A stretch of 44,131 bases of DNA. It comes from Clostridia bacterium (GTDB taxonomy: Bacteria; Bacillota; Clostridia; Christensenellales; CAG-1252). The stretch covers positions 1 through 44,131 of the forward strand of contig JAGAAA010000077.1 in NCBI GenBank assembly GCA_017615495.1, in the 5' to 3' direction. Position 1 is the stretch's first letter. Every line of letters starts with the position of its first letter. The translations under genes were made by a program, and so were the position numbers. Below the pieces are notes generated by a model that searched no databases, was not told the origin of the DNA, and was given only the letters and a program-made list of their open reading frames with translations. Shown in pieces: positions 1 to 10,625 of the stretch.

Positions 1-504
1 GAAGAAGGCGCCGCCGGCTACGTTTTGAAAGAAGGCGACGAATATTACGTCGTTTTGAACCTGTACGAAAACGAAGCCGACGCAGAGAAAGTTACGGAAC
101 GAAAATCCAATTACGGCGTTTTAAAACTCGAATTCCCACCGTTTGACGTAAAGAAACGACCGTCCCTTTCGGCGGCGGAAAACAGCAAAGACCTCTACAA
201 AGACGCCTACCAAACCTTATACCAAGCGGCAAACGACCTTTCCGCGGGGAAGTATCAAAGCGAAGATATGCTCCGCATCGTCAGACGGTATAAGCAAAAA
301 GTCATCGCGACGGAAAGCGCCTACGCCGAAAAAATACGCGGGGCGGAAGATACCGCAAGCATCGAATACAAAGTGATCCTCGCCGAGATCCTAAGCGCGT
401 TTGAAAACCTTGAAAACAGCGAAAAACCCGTTGCCGACGCGCGCTATTATTCGGTTATGATCGTGCGTTCATTCGCCCTTTTTTCAAAAAAATATTTCTC
501 ATAA
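1..504 (+). CDS. hypothetical protein, 3' part (5' end lies outside the window)
   Basis: Frame 1 is open from nt 1 (EEGAAGYVLKEGDEYYVV...). The listed start at 25 is an in-frame TTG, so the gene is probably truncated by the window edge. No catalytic motif recognised. YVVLNLYENEADAEKV is faintly SPOR-like but I cannot demonstrate it. Confidence 0.45.
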   Translation, partial: EEGAAGYVLKEGDEYYVVLNLYENEADAEKVTERKSNYGVLKLEFPPFDVKKRPSLSAAENSKDLYKDAYQTLYQAANDLSAGKYQSEDMLRIVRRYKQKVIATESAYAEKIRGAEDTASIEYKVILAEILSAFENLENSEKPVADARYYSVMIVRSFALFSKKYFS

Positions 505-525
505 CGCCCAAAATCGGCAAAGGTA

Positions 526-554
526 TTGATTCCAAGGCAGTTTTATGGTACAGT
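526..554 (+). promoter_or_regulatory. putative SigA-type promoter for the dCMP deaminase gene
   Basis: TTGATT (526-531), 17-nt spacer, TACAGT (549-554) preceded by TG (TGgTACAGT, extended -10). The listed ORF start at 526 is the TTG of this -35 box. Confidence 0.35.
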
Positions 555-579
555 AAGAAAAACGATTCGAGGTGCTATC

Positions 580-1035
580 ATGGACAAGTGGGATCAAAGA
601 TTCATGGATATGGCGGAAAAAGTTTCCACCTGGAGCAGTTGTTTTCAGGAGAACAGACAAGTAGGCGCGGTCATCACTCGCGACAAGCGCATTTTGACCA
701 CCGGCTACAACGGCGCGGGTAGCGGCATCAAAAGCTGTAAGGAACGCGGCGAATGCCTGAGAAGAAAACTCAACATTGCCAGCGGCACCCGTCAGGAAAT
801 TTGCTACGCGATCCACGCGGAGCAAAACGCCATCATCCAAGCCGCAAAAATGGGGGTCAGCGTGGACGGCGCAACCATCTACTGCACCCACCAACCCTGC
901 TCCATTTGCGCGAAAATGATCATCAACAGCGGCATTCGTAGAGTGATTTTCAAGTACGGCTACCCCGACGATTTCTCAATGGAAATGATGAAGGAAGCCA
1001 ACGTTCTCGTAGAGAAATTTGATGATTTACAATAA
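580..1035 (+). CDS. comEB: dCMP (deoxycytidylate) deaminase, ComEB type
   Basis: Cytidine/deoxycytidylate deaminase zinc motifs HAEQNAI and PCSICAKMIINSGI. N-terminal WDQRFMDMAEKVSTWSSC...VGAVI...GYNG matches dCMP deaminases. Start moved to ATG 580 (MDKWDQRF), downstream of the promoter-like element. Confidence 0.85.
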   Translation: MDKWDQRFMDMAEKVSTWSSCFQENRQVGAVITRDKRILTTGYNGAGSGIKSCKERGECLRRKLNIASGTRQEICYAIHAEQNAIIQAAKMGVSVDGATIYCTHQPCSICAKMIINSGIRRVIFKYGYPDDFSMEMMKEANVLVEKFDDLQ

Positions 1036-1044
1036 ACAAAACTT

Positions 1045-1073
1045 GGGCTCTCTTTGAGAGCCCTTATTTTTTT
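1045..1073 (+). terminator. rho-independent terminator after comEB
   Basis: Perfect 8-bp stem GGGCTCTC (1045-1052) / GAGAGCCC (1056-1063), 3-nt loop, followed by TTATTTTTTT. Confidence 0.75.
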
Positions 1074-1115
1074 GCCATTTTATTACATTTGTTGAATATT
1101 CATAAATGGAATATA

Positions 1116-1919
1116 CTATTTAACGACGATTTTTTCAAGGATCAAGACGCAAAAGTACATAAGGGCGGCAAGGACGGTCAAAATAAGGGTGGAACACATC
1201 ACCAGACTTAAGTTGAACACCTGCCCGCCGTAGACGATCAGGTAGCCGAGCCCTTCCCTGCTGACCAGATATTCGCCCATGATCGTGCCAACCCACGCCA
1301 TACCGACGTTTACCTTCAGCGACGCAATAATGCTGGAAACGTTGGATGGCAAAACGAGCTTAAAAAGGATCTGCGCGCGGCTTGCCGAAAGGGTGCGCAT
1401 CAAAAGGATCTTATCTTTGTCCACCGATAAAAACCCGTTTAGAATGTTGATGACGGTGACGACCACGCTGATCAGGATCGCCATCACGATGATGGCGCCC
1501 TTCCCCGCGCCTACCCAAATGATGATGATCGGGCCGAGCGCGATCTTGGGGAGAGCGTTTAAAACCACGACGTAGGGCTCCAAGATGCGCCTCAGCGCCT
1601 CCGCCGACCATAAGATGACGGCGATCACCAGCCCAATGGCGGTGGCGGAAACGAATCCGACCACGGTTTCTATGAGCGTTGCGGAAACGTGCCGCCACAG
1701 CACCCCGCTTGCGGAAAGACTTTTAAAGGACGCCCACATTTTGGACGGAGAGCTGAAAATAAAGCTGTCGATCACCTCGTACCGCGCCAAGAGTTCCCAA
1801 ACGACGAAAAACTGCAAAAGAAGCAAGATTTGCGCTGCGACAACGAAGGCGGTCCGCGTCCTTTCCTTTTTTAAATAGCGAAGATGCTCTTCACTCACCT
1901 TTCTCCCGGCTCTTTTCAT
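1116..1919 (-). CDS. ABC transporter permease, NitT/TauT (nitrate/sulfonate/bicarbonate-like) family
   Basis: Polytopic membrane protein with a binding-protein-dependent transport signature region (LMRTLSASRAQILFKLVLPS). Sits downstream of the matching ATPase and SBP. ATG 1919 (MKRAGRK) is preferred over the listed 1964 and overlaps the ATPase stop by 29 nt. Confidence 0.75.
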   Translation of the reverse strand: MKRAGRKVSEEHLRYLKKERTRTAFVVAAQILLLLQFFVVWELLARYEVIDSFIFSSPSKMWASFKSLSASGVLWRHVSATLIETVVGFVSATAIGLVIAVILWSAEALRRILEPYVVVLNALPKIALGPIIIIWVGAGKGAIIVMAILISVVVTVINILNGFLSVDKDKILLMRTLSASRAQILFKLVLPSNVSSIIASLKVNVGMAWVGTIMGEYLVSREGLGYLIVYGGQVFNLSLVMCSTLILTVLAALMYFCVLILEKIVVK

Positions 1920-2664
1920 CCGTAAACTCCAATTCCTTCCAAACCTCTTTAAACAAAGAGGCAAACAGCGGGTGCTCTCGTCTTTCGATGGAGGAAAGAC
2001 TTTTTTCGATGGGATTATCGAATATCTTTTTCACCGTCGCCGGACGAGCGCTCAAAACCGCCACCCTATCGCAAAGCGCGATCGCCTCGCTGATGTCGTG
2101 CGTGACGAGGATCGCCGTCACTTTTTCCTCCCGAATGATGTTTCTGACGTCCTCCGCCACGGTCAGGCGCGTTTGAAAGTCAAGCGCCGAGAAAGGTTCG
2201 TCCAAGAGGATCAACTTGGGGCGCAAAGCGAGGGTGCGTATCAAAGCGACTCTTTGCCGCATCCCGCCCGACAGCTCCGAAGGCTTCTTTTTCAAAAACT
2301 CGCCCAAACTGTACTTTTTAAGCAGCGAAAGCGCGTATTCCGCCCGCTCCGCCGTCTTGATCTTGCGTATTTCCAGCCCCAAAAGAACGTTGTCCTCTAT
2401 CGTTCTCCATTCAAAGAGGTGATCTCGTTGCAACATATAGCCCGTTTCCTCGGCGGAGACGCTTCTTTCCACCGTGCCGGACGAAGGTGTCAGGATGCCC
2501 GCCAGAATGGAGAGCAGCGTGGTTTTGCCGCTCCCCGACGGCCCGACGATCCCGAAAAATTCTCCCTCTTTCACGGTGAGGTCCATCGATCGGATCGCTT
2601 CGGTCTCGCCGCTTTTTCCGTGGTATCTGTGAGAAATATTTTTTAATCGCAATACTTCCTTCAT
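1891..2664 (-). CDS. ABC transporter ATP-binding protein, NitT/TauT family
   Basis: Walker A GPSGSGKTT, signature LSGGMRQRV, Walker B LILLDEPFSALD, H-loop VTHDISEA. Confidence 0.85.
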   Translation of the reverse strand: MKEVLRLKNISHRYHGKSGETEAIRSMDLTVKEGEFFGIVGPSGSGKTTLLSILAGILTPSSGTVERSVSAEETGYMLQRDHLFEWRTIEDNVLLGLEIRKIKTAERAEYALSLLKKYSLGEFLKKKPSELSGGMRQRVALIRTLALRPKLILLDEPFSALDFQTRLTVAEDVRNIIREEKVTAILVTHDISEAIALCDRVAVLSARPATVKKIFDNPIEKSLSSIERREHPLFASLFKEVWKELEFTDEKSREKGE

Positions 2665-2684
2665 TTTTCCGTCGTACTATGTTT

Positions 2685-3671
2685 TCAGCCCAAATAGCCG
2701 TTATCCACCAGCTTTTCGTAATCGGCGCGCTTATCCATCACGCCGGCGGCAACGATGATGTCTTGCAGATGCTCAAAATCATCCTTTTTGAGCCGCATAT
2801 CATCCACGTAAGCCCCGATCCTCTTATAGTTTGCAATGGCGGAAGTCAAAACGGAAAGCGACGTATCGGCAAAGGAGGGTGCCACCGCCTTGGCAACGTT
2901 CTCGGCGCTTTGCGTCTTTACGAATTCCACGCCTTTTTGAAGCGCAGCAAGGAAGCGTTTTACCTTGTCGGAATTCTTTTCAAGGTAGGATTTTTCCGCG
3001 CAGAAACAAGTGTACGGGATGTCGCCCGCCTCTTCGCCGACCGAAGCGACGAGATAACCTTTCCCCGCAAGTTCAAAGTTGGTTGCGGCGGGCTCGAACA
3101 TCGTGCAAAAATCACCCGTCCCGCCGTCAAACGCCGCCGAGATCAAATCGTACTGCACGTCATAGTTGATGGTCATATTGACGCCGTTTTCATACCCGTT
3201 TTTCTTAAGAGCGTACTCCAGCGCCATCGCGGGCACGCCGCCCTTCCTGCCGCCGATGATCTCCTTGCCCAAAAAGGCAGTGCTCCAATCAAAATTATCC
3301 GTCTTTTGACGCCCGATCACGAAAGAACCGTCACGCTTGGTCAATTGTCCGATCACGATGGGGTAATTCTTTTTACCCTCGTTGTAAACGTAGATCGAGG
3401 CTTCCGGCCCGCAAAAACCGATATCCGCCTGCCCGGAAAGCACCGCGGTCATTGTTTTATCGGCGCCGCCGCCGTTTGTGAGTTCGATCGAAAGCCCCTG
3501 CTCCTTAAAGTATCCTTCGTTGATGGCTACGTACATCGGCGCGTAAAATACCGAATGAGTGACCTCGTTCAAACGAATGACGTCCTCCTTCTCTTTTGAG
3601 CACGCCGTAAGAGGCAAGCACAAAGCGAAAAGGGTAAGCACAAGCAACGTTACGATGATTTTTCGTTTCAT
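2685..3671 (-). CDS. ABC substrate-binding lipoprotein, NMT1/THI5-like (SsuA/ThiY-like)
   Basis: Signal peptide with lipobox LPLTAC. Size and sequence are typical of NMT1/THI5-like periplasmic binding proteins. First gene of the SBP-ATPase-permease operon. Confidence 0.7.
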   Translation of the reverse strand: MKRKIIVTLLVLTLFALCLPLTACSKEKEDVIRLNEVTHSVFYAPMYVAINEGYFKEQGLSIELTNGGGADKTMTAVLSGQADIGFCGPEASIYVYNEGKKNYPIVIGQLTKRDGSFVIGRQKTDNFDWSTAFLGKEIIGGRKGGVPAMALEYALKKNGYENGVNMTINYDVQYDLISAAFDGGTGDFCTMFEPAATNFELAGKGYLVASVGEEAGDIPYTCFCAEKSYLEKNSDKVKRFLAALQKGVEFVKTQSAENVAKAVAPSFADTSLSVLTSAIANYKRIGAYVDDMRLKKDDFEHLQDIIVAAGVMDKRADYEKLVDNGYLG

Positions 3672-3750
3672 AGAAATCTCCTTATAAAAAGTTCTATTCC
3701 ATACTATTCCGGCCGCGGAAAAAATGTTTTTCGCAAGATAGAGACCTCTT

Positions 3751-3780
3751 TTGACAAACTTTAATTGACATAACTATAAT
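3751..3780 (+). promoter_or_regulatory. putative SigA promoter for pgsA-valS
   Basis: TTGACA (3751-3756), 18-nt spacer, TATAAT (3775-3780). A 7-bp inverted repeat ATAACTA/TAGTTAT (3770-3776/3782-3788) overlaps the -10. Confidence 0.5.
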
Positions 3781-3800
3781 TTAGTTATAAAATCTATGTT

Positions 3801-4433
3801 ATGAGTAAGGTCATCAAGAAAGAAGATTTTTATAATCCTCCCAACATCCTCACTTATTTAAGGCTTCTTTGCGTACCGGCGTTCATCGCGGTATTTTTTG
3901 CCATAGACGGCGCCAAAAACCTCAACGTCTATATCGCTTTCGGCATCTTCCTGTTTGCCTCCGTGACGGACGTTTTGGACGGGTTTATCGCCCGCAGGTT
4001 CAACTTTATCACCGATCTCGGCAAGATGCTCGACCCCCTTGCGGATAAGCTTTTGCAAGTATCCGTCGCCATCTGCCTTTGCGTAAACGACTTTATCCAT
4101 CATTCGCAGATCGGTATGTTGTTCATTTTCTTCCCCATCGCCCTTGGTTTAAAAGACGGCTTTATGCTGTTTTGGGGCATTATTCTTGCGAAGAAAAAGA
4201 TCATCGTTCACAGCAACTTTTTCGGAAAGGCCGCGGCGGTCATCAACACGCTCGGGTTGCTTTTAAGCTTCTTTGCCAAAGCAACGTACGACCTTTACCG
4301 CATTCTTGCCACCGTCGTTTTAGCGCTTGGCACCATTGCGGCGTACATCGCGCTCATCGACTATAGTCGAAAACTATACGTACAATTGGATCATACCGTG
4401 AAAGACAAATCGGATATGAACTTGAAATTCTAG
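3801..4433 (+). CDS. pgsA: CDP-alcohol phosphatidyltransferase (CDP-diacylglycerol--glycerol-3-phosphate 3-phosphatidyltransferase-like)
   Basis: Complete CDP-alcohol phosphatidyltransferase motif DvlDGfiARrfnfitdlGkmlDpLaDK. Multi-TM protein of 210 aa. Confidence 0.7.
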   Translation: MSKVIKKEDFYNPPNILTYLRLLCVPAFIAVFFAIDGAKNLNVYIAFGIFLFASVTDVLDGFIARRFNFITDLGKMLDPLADKLLQVSVAICLCVNDFIHHSQIGMLFIFFPIALGLKDGFMLFWGIILAKKKIIVHSNFFGKAAAVINTLGLLLSFFAKATYDLYRILATVVLALGTIAAYIALIDYSRKLYVQLDHTVKDKSDMNLKF

Positions 4434-4447
4434 AAGAGGACTGCTTT

Positions 4448-7075
4448 ATGGAAATGGAAAAGACCTACGATCCCGCCTTGTTTGAAGACAAGCTATACGC
4501 CACCTGGATGCAAAAGGGGTATTTTACTCCCAAGATCGATCCTAAAAAAGATCCGTACACCATCGTCATCCCCCCGCCCAACATCACGGGGCAACTTCAT
4601 ATGGGCCACGCGCTAAACAACACCTTGCAAGACATCATGGTGCGCTTTAAGCGCATGCAGGGGCATCCCACCCTTTGGCTCCCCGGCACCGACCACGCGT
4701 CCTTTGCCACGGAAGTCAAGATCGTGGATAAACTCAAGGCGGAAGGCACCAGCAAGGAAGAGCTCGGCAGAGAAGGCTTTTTAAAAGCCGCGTGGGATTG
4801 GAAAAAGCAATACGGCGGCAGGATCGTGGAGCAGTTAAAGAAGCTCGGCTCCTCCCTTGATTGGTCCAGAGAAGCGTTTACGATGGACGAAAAGTGCAAC
4901 CGCGCCGTCAAAAGAGTTTTCGTCAACCTTTACAACAAAGGTTTGATCTACCGCGGTAGCAGGATCATCAACTGGTGCCCCTGCTGCAAGACCGCCCTTT
5001 CCGACGCCGAAGTTGAGTACAGCGAGCAGGACAGCTTCCTTTGGCACATCAAGTACCCCTTGACCGACGGCAGCGGCTTTTTGACCGTTGCTACCACCCG
5101 TCCCGAAACCATGTTCGGTGACACCGCGGTCGCCGTCAACCCCACCGACGAAAGGTACGCATCCATCATCGGCAAGACGCTCTCTTTGCCCCTGACCGAC
5201 CGCGTGATCCCCATCGTCGCGGACGAATACGTTGAAAAGGACTTCGGTAGCGGCGCCGTTAAGATCACCCCGGCGCACGACCCCAACGACTTTGAAGTCG
5301 GTATGCGTCACAATCTTGAAGTTATCCGCGTCATGAACGACGACGGTACGATGAACGAAAAGGCGGGCGCGGCTTACGCCGGTTTGGACCGTATGGTCGC
5401 CAGGAAAAAGGTTGAAGAAGACCTTGCCGCCCTCGGTCTTTTGATCGAAAAAGAGCCTTATAAGCACAACGTGGGCGAATGCTACCGTTGCCACAGCAGC
5501 GTGGAGCCCATCGTTTCCAAGCAATGGTTCGTCAAAATGAAGCCCCTTGCGGAACCCGCTATCAAGGTGGTCAAGGAAGGCGATATCGAATTTATCCCCG
5601 AGCGCTTCTCCAAAGTGTATTTCGGTTGGATGGAAAACATCAAGGATTGGTGCATCTCCCGTCAACTTTGGTGGGGACACCGCATTCCCGCCTATTACTG
5701 CGAAGATTGCGGCGAGATGGTCGTTTCCGAAACGGCGCCCGAACGTTGCCCCAAGTGCGGCAAAAGCCACTTCAAACAGGACGAAGACGTGCTTGACACC
5801 TGGTTCTCCAGCGCGCTTTGGCCCTTCTCCACCCTCGGCTACCCCGAAAAGACGGAAGACCTCAAGTACTTCTACCCGACCAGCGTTTTGATCACCGCTT
5901 ACGACATCATTTTCTTCTGGGTGGCAAGGATGATCTTCTCCGGCTTGGAGCATATGGGTCAGATCCCCTTCTCCAAAGTTATGATCCACGGCATCGTGCG
6001 CGATAAGCTTGGCAGAAAGATGAGCAAGAGCCTCGGCAACGGTATCGATCCCCTGCTTGTCATCGACAAATACGGCGCTGACTCTTTGCGCTTCTCTCTT
6101 GCCAACGGCATCGCCCCCGGCGGTGACACCCGCTTCTACGAAGAAAAAGTGGAAAGCGCAAGGAACTTTATCAACAAAGTTTGGAATGCGTCCAGGTTTG
6201 TGATGATGAACCTCGAAGGGGTGGAACTCCTCCCCATTGAGAAGACCAAAAAGACCATCGCCGACCGTTGGATCTTGAGCCGTTTGCAGGAAACTGCCAA
6301 AGCGGTCAACGAAAACCTCGAAAAATACGAGATCGGTCTTGCGGGCGCAAAAATGTACGATTTCGTCTGGAGCGAGTTCTGCGATTGGTACATCGAAGCG
6401 ATCAAGCCGTCCTTGTACTCGGAAGATAAAGAGGTCAAGCAAAACGCCGCTTCCAACATCTATTACGTACTCGTCAACATCTTAAAGATGTTGCATCCGT
6501 ACATTCCTTTCGTGACCGAGCACATTTATCTGTCGCTCCCCGTCCACGAAGAGACCATTATGCTGGCTTCTTACCCCACCTTCAACAAAGACCTCTTCTT
6601 TGAAAAGGAAAAGGCGGAATTCGAAGCGGTCATGGACGTCATCAAGGGCATCCGCAACATCCGCGCCGAAATGTCCGTCGCCCCCTCCAAGCGCATCCAC
6701 GTCACCGTAAAGACGCAAAATGAGGATCTTATAAAGTCGGGCGAAGGCTATCTTGCCAAACTTGCGGGGGTGGAAAAGGTCACTTACGACGCTTCTTACG
6801 TTCCGGGCAAAAAGGAAAGCACCGTGGTCACTGCCGCGGCGGAGATCTACATCCCGCTCGGCGACCTGATCGACTACGACAAGGAGATCGAAAGATTGCA
6901 AAAGGAAAAAGCTTCTCTTGAAAAAGAGATCGCCCGTTCCAAAGGCATGCTCGGCAACCCCGGCTTCGTATCCCGCGCGCCGGAAAACGTCGTTTCGGCG
7001 GAACGCGACCGTCTTGCCGTCAACGAGGAAAAGCTCGCCAAGATCCTTTCCAACATCCAGGCGCTTGCCGACTAA
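4448..7075 (+). CDS. valS: valine--tRNA ligase
   Basis: Class I HIGH motif (PPPNITGQLHMGHAL), KMSKS present, CP1 editing domain, C-terminal coiled coil, 875 aa. Confidence 0.97.
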   Translation: MEMEKTYDPALFEDKLYATWMQKGYFTPKIDPKKDPYTIVIPPPNITGQLHMGHALNNTLQDIMVRFKRMQGHPTLWLPGTDHASFATEVKIVDKLKAEGTSKEELGREGFLKAAWDWKKQYGGRIVEQLKKLGSSLDWSREAFTMDEKCNRAVKRVFVNLYNKGLIYRGSRIINWCPCCKTALSDAEVEYSEQDSFLWHIKYPLTDGSGFLTVATTRPETMFGDTAVAVNPTDERYASIIGKTLSLPLTDRVIPIVADEYVEKDFGSGAVKITPAHDPNDFEVGMRHNLEVIRVMNDDGTMNEKAGAAYAGLDRMVARKKVEEDLAALGLLIEKEPYKHNVGECYRCHSSVEPIVSKQWFVKMKPLAEPAIKVVKEGDIEFIPERFSKVYFGWMENIKDWCISRQLWWGHRIPAYYCEDCGEMVVSETAPERCPKCGKSHFKQDEDVLDTWFSSALWPFSTLGYPEKTEDLKYFYPTSVLITAYDIIFFWVARMIFSGLEHMGQIPFSKVMIHGIVRDKLGRKMSKSLGNGIDPLLVIDKYGADSLRFSLANGIAPGGDTRFYEEKVESARNFINKVWNASRFVMMNLEGVELLPIEKTKKTIADRWILSRLQETAKAVNENLEKYEIGLAGAKMYDFVWSEFCDWYIEAIKPSLYSEDKEVKQNAASNIYYVLVNILKMLHPYIPFVTEHIYLSLPVHEETIMLASYPTFNKDLFFEKEKAEFEAVMDVIKGIRNIRAEMSVAPSKRIHVTVKTQNEDLIKSGEGYLAKLAGVEKVTYDASYVPGKKESTVVTAAAEIYIPLGDLIDYDKEIERLQKEKASLEKEIARSKGMLGNPGFVSRAPENVVSAERDRLAVNEEKLAKILSNIQALAD

Positions 7076-7896
7076 TCCAACAAAGCGCTGAGAACGTTTT
7101 TGTTTTGCTCAAACGCTTCCGGCAAATATTCCTCCCCAACGGGATGCTCCGCCGTCGCGGGCGCGATCTCGATGGTAAAAGCGGGAATATCAAACGTTCT
7201 GATACACCAATCTTTATAGCCACCGGCGCTTCCCCGCGTTAAAACGGGCGTATAACCGGTCACGGCGGACAAACGATACGCAACAGCCTCGTCACGCGCG
7301 AGGCTGTTTTCGTTTTGCCCCGGAAAGCCGTAATATATGACCTCGCCTTTGGTATGGTATGAAAGGGTTGCGTAAGGAGATATCTTTCGCGTAAAAGTCG
7401 CCAAAACGTTTACCTCTCTTTCACTCATCGGATAGTACCCGATAAAGCTTTCAGGCGACGGGCACCTTCTGTTTTGCGCCCCGCCGCCCCAATCCGCATC
7501 GAAATTCACGTTGAGATCCACTGCGTTGGCGTTCGCCTTGTAAAGGGAAAAATCCGTCCCGCCGTTGACAGATGTCAAAAACGCCCGCTGCTTTTCGCAA
7601 GGAATGAAATCCGCGCCGTCTAAGACGAGCCTGATACCATCCGGATCGGCGTTGTAGATAAAATACGCCCCACCACCAAAAGGCCGCGCCGCGGCGTACC
7701 TCGTAAGCTCCGCGCAAAGAAGCGCCGTCACGTACTCTCTTGCGTGGATCGCCGCCTGCACGATCACCTGCCGTCCCTCGTAACTGCCCACGTGCGCCGC
7801 GTAAATGGGTTGCGACAACAAACTATATCCCACGATAAAAAAGTCTGAAATTTCCGCCACGCTTTTTATTCTTTGCTCAAATTCGCCGTAATTCAT
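7072..7896 (-). CDS. M14-family zinc peptidase, cytoplasmic MpaA-like (gamma-D-Glu-meso-DAP murein peptide amidase-like)
   Basis: HxxE zinc motif (IHAREYVT) and a later YHTKGEVIYY block typical of M14 gamma-D-glutamyl-DAP peptidases. No signal peptide. Its stop codon overlaps the valS stop. Confidence 0.6.
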   Translation of the reverse strand: MNYGEFEQRIKSVAEISDFFIVGYSLLSQPIYAAHVGSYEGRQVIVQAAIHAREYVTALLCAELTRYAAARPFGGGAYFIYNADPDGIRLVLDGADFIPCEKQRAFLTSVNGGTDFSLYKANANAVDLNVNFDADWGGGAQNRRCPSPESFIGYYPMSEREVNVLATFTRKISPYATLSYHTKGEVIYYGFPGQNENSLARDEAVAYRLSAVTGYTPVLTRGSAGGYKDWCIRTFDIPAFTIEIAPATAEHPVGEEYLPEAFEQNKNVLSALLD

Positions 7897-7930
7897 ATTA
7901 CATTGTATTTTGTTAAGGCGGTTTTCGTTA

Positions 7931-7961
7931 AAAAAAATCCTCCGACCTTTCGATCGGAGGA
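7931..7961 (-). terminator. rho-independent terminator after gdhA
   Basis: Stem TCCTCCGA (7938-7945) / TCGGAGGA (7954-7961). The A7 run at 7931-7937 becomes the T-tract on the minus strand. Confidence 0.75.
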
Positions 7962-7983
7962 CTTGTTTTAATACGAACAGTTA

Positions 7984-9333
<1,350 letters not shown>

Positions 9334-9349
9334 TTATTTTTTTGCTATA

Positions 9350-10564
9350 TCAAAGCGCCTTTTCAAGACGCTCGGCAATCTTATGCAGGAACTCCATCGT
9401 GGTAAGAGCGACGGGCTCCACGCCATCCTTTTTGAAGATGGCTTTTAAATCTCCGGTCATATAACCGCTTTCCACCGTTTCGATCGTCGCCTTTTCAAGC
9501 AATTCCGCATAACGGACGAGGTCGGGGGTGCCGTCAAGCTCGCCCCTCTTCTTCAAACCGCCCGTCCACGCAAAGATGGTTGCGATGGGGTTGGTACCGG
9601 TGGATTCCCCTTTCAAGTGTCTGTAATAGTGTCTGGTCACGGTGCCGTGCGCCGCTTCAAACTCAAACTTGCCGCTCGGAGAAACCAGCACGGAAGTCAT
9701 CATCGCAAGCGAACCGAACGCGGTGGCGAGCATATCGCTCATCACGTCGCCGTCGTAGTTTTTGCAAGCCCAAATAAAGCCGCCTTTGCTACGCATGACG
9801 CGAGCGACCGCGTCGTCGATGAGCGTGTAGAAATAGGTGATGCCCTTCTCCTCAAACGCCGCTTTGTAATTGGCGTCGTATTCCTCTTGGAAAATATCTT
9901 TGAAACGATGGTCGTAGGTGGCGCTGATGGTATCCTTGGAGCTGAACCAAAGATCGAGCCCTTTCGTGAGCGCATAGTTGAAGCAGCTCTTTGCGAAACT
10001 GCGGATGCTGCTATCCAAATTGTGCATACCCAAGGCAACGCCGCCCGACTTTACGTAATCGGCAATCAAGATGCGTTTTTCCTCCCCCTCGGAAGTGATG
10101 ACGAGTTCCGCCTTGCTACCCTTGGGACAAAGCGCTTCGACGTCCTTATAAACGTCACCGTAAGCGTGACGCGCAATGATGATGGGGCTTGTCCAGGCAG
10201 GGACGAGGGGTGAAATACCGCTTGCCATAATGGGCTCGCGGAAGACGGTGCCGTCCAACGCAGCGCGGATGGTGCCGTTGGGGCTCTTCCACATAGAAGA
10301 AAGAGAGTACTCCGTCATCCTCTGCGCGTTGGGAGTGATGGTGGCGCACTTTACGCCCACACCCAAGCGGTCGATGGCCGCGGCGGCGTCCTTGGTAACT
10401 TGGTCCTTGGTGGCTTCGCGGTTTACGAGAGAAAGATCGTAGTACTCGGATTTTAAGTCAACGTACGGAAAAATCAACACGTCTTTGATCCACTGCCAAA
10501 TGACACGGGTCATTTCATCGCCGTCCAACTCAACAACGGGTGTTAACATCTTGATCTTGTCCAT
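9350..10564 (-). CDS. icd: NADP-dependent isocitrate dehydrogenase (eukaryote-like homodimeric type)
   Basis: PVVELDGDEMTRVIWQWIKD...VGVKCATITPN is closely similar to IDH1/IDP-type enzymes. The second ATG (10564, MDKIKM) is preferred because GGAGG sits 6 nt upstream of it. Confidence 0.9.
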   Translation of the reverse strand: MDKIKMLTPVVELDGDEMTRVIWQWIKDVLIFPYVDLKSEYYDLSLVNREATKDQVTKDAAAAIDRLGVGVKCATITPNAQRMTEYSLSSMWKSPNGTIRAALDGTVFREPIMASGISPLVPAWTSPIIIARHAYGDVYKDVEALCPKGSKAELVITSEGEEKRILIADYVKSGGVALGMHNLDSSIRSFAKSCFNYALTKGLDLWFSSKDTISATYDHRFKDIFQEEYDANYKAAFEEKGITYFYTLIDDAVARVMRSKGGFIWACKNYDGDVMSDMLATAFGSLAMMTSVLVSPSGKFEFEAAHGTVTRHYYRHLKGESTGTNPIATIFAWTGGLKKRGELDGTPDLVRYAELLEKATIETVESGYMTGDLKAIFKKDGVEPVALTTMEFLHKIAERLEKAL

Positions 10565-10584
10565 AGTATCCTCCATTCTTAAGA

Positions 10585-10614
10585 ATTATATCACCCAAAA
10601 CGACTGTTTTGCAA
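10585..10614 (-). promoter_or_regulatory. putative promoter of icd-gdhA
   Basis: On the minus strand: TTGCAA (10614-10609), 18-nt spacer, TGaTATAAT extended -10 (10593-10585). Confidence 0.5.
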
Positions 10615-10625
10615 CAATTCAACGG

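Noticed and set aside
2679-3599. 306-aa plus-strand ORF, and similar smaller ORFs at 1972-2646
   Set aside because: They are antisense to the SBP and ATPase genes of the NitT/TauT transporter.
3672-3800. Possible TPP (THI-box) riboswitch upstream of the NMT1/THI5-like binding protein operon
   Set aside because: - I checked because ThiY-like HMP transporters often carry one.
- The 129-nt divergent intergenic region is too short.
- It also lacks the conserved CUGAGA / ACCUGAUCUGGAUAAUGCCAGCG elements on the minus strand.
4835-6442. 535-aa minus-strand ORF inside valS
   Set aside because: - It is exactly codon-aligned antisense to valS, which carries unmistakable HIGH/KMSKS motifs.
- The translation is low-complexity (G/V/D/H/F-rich) with no motif.
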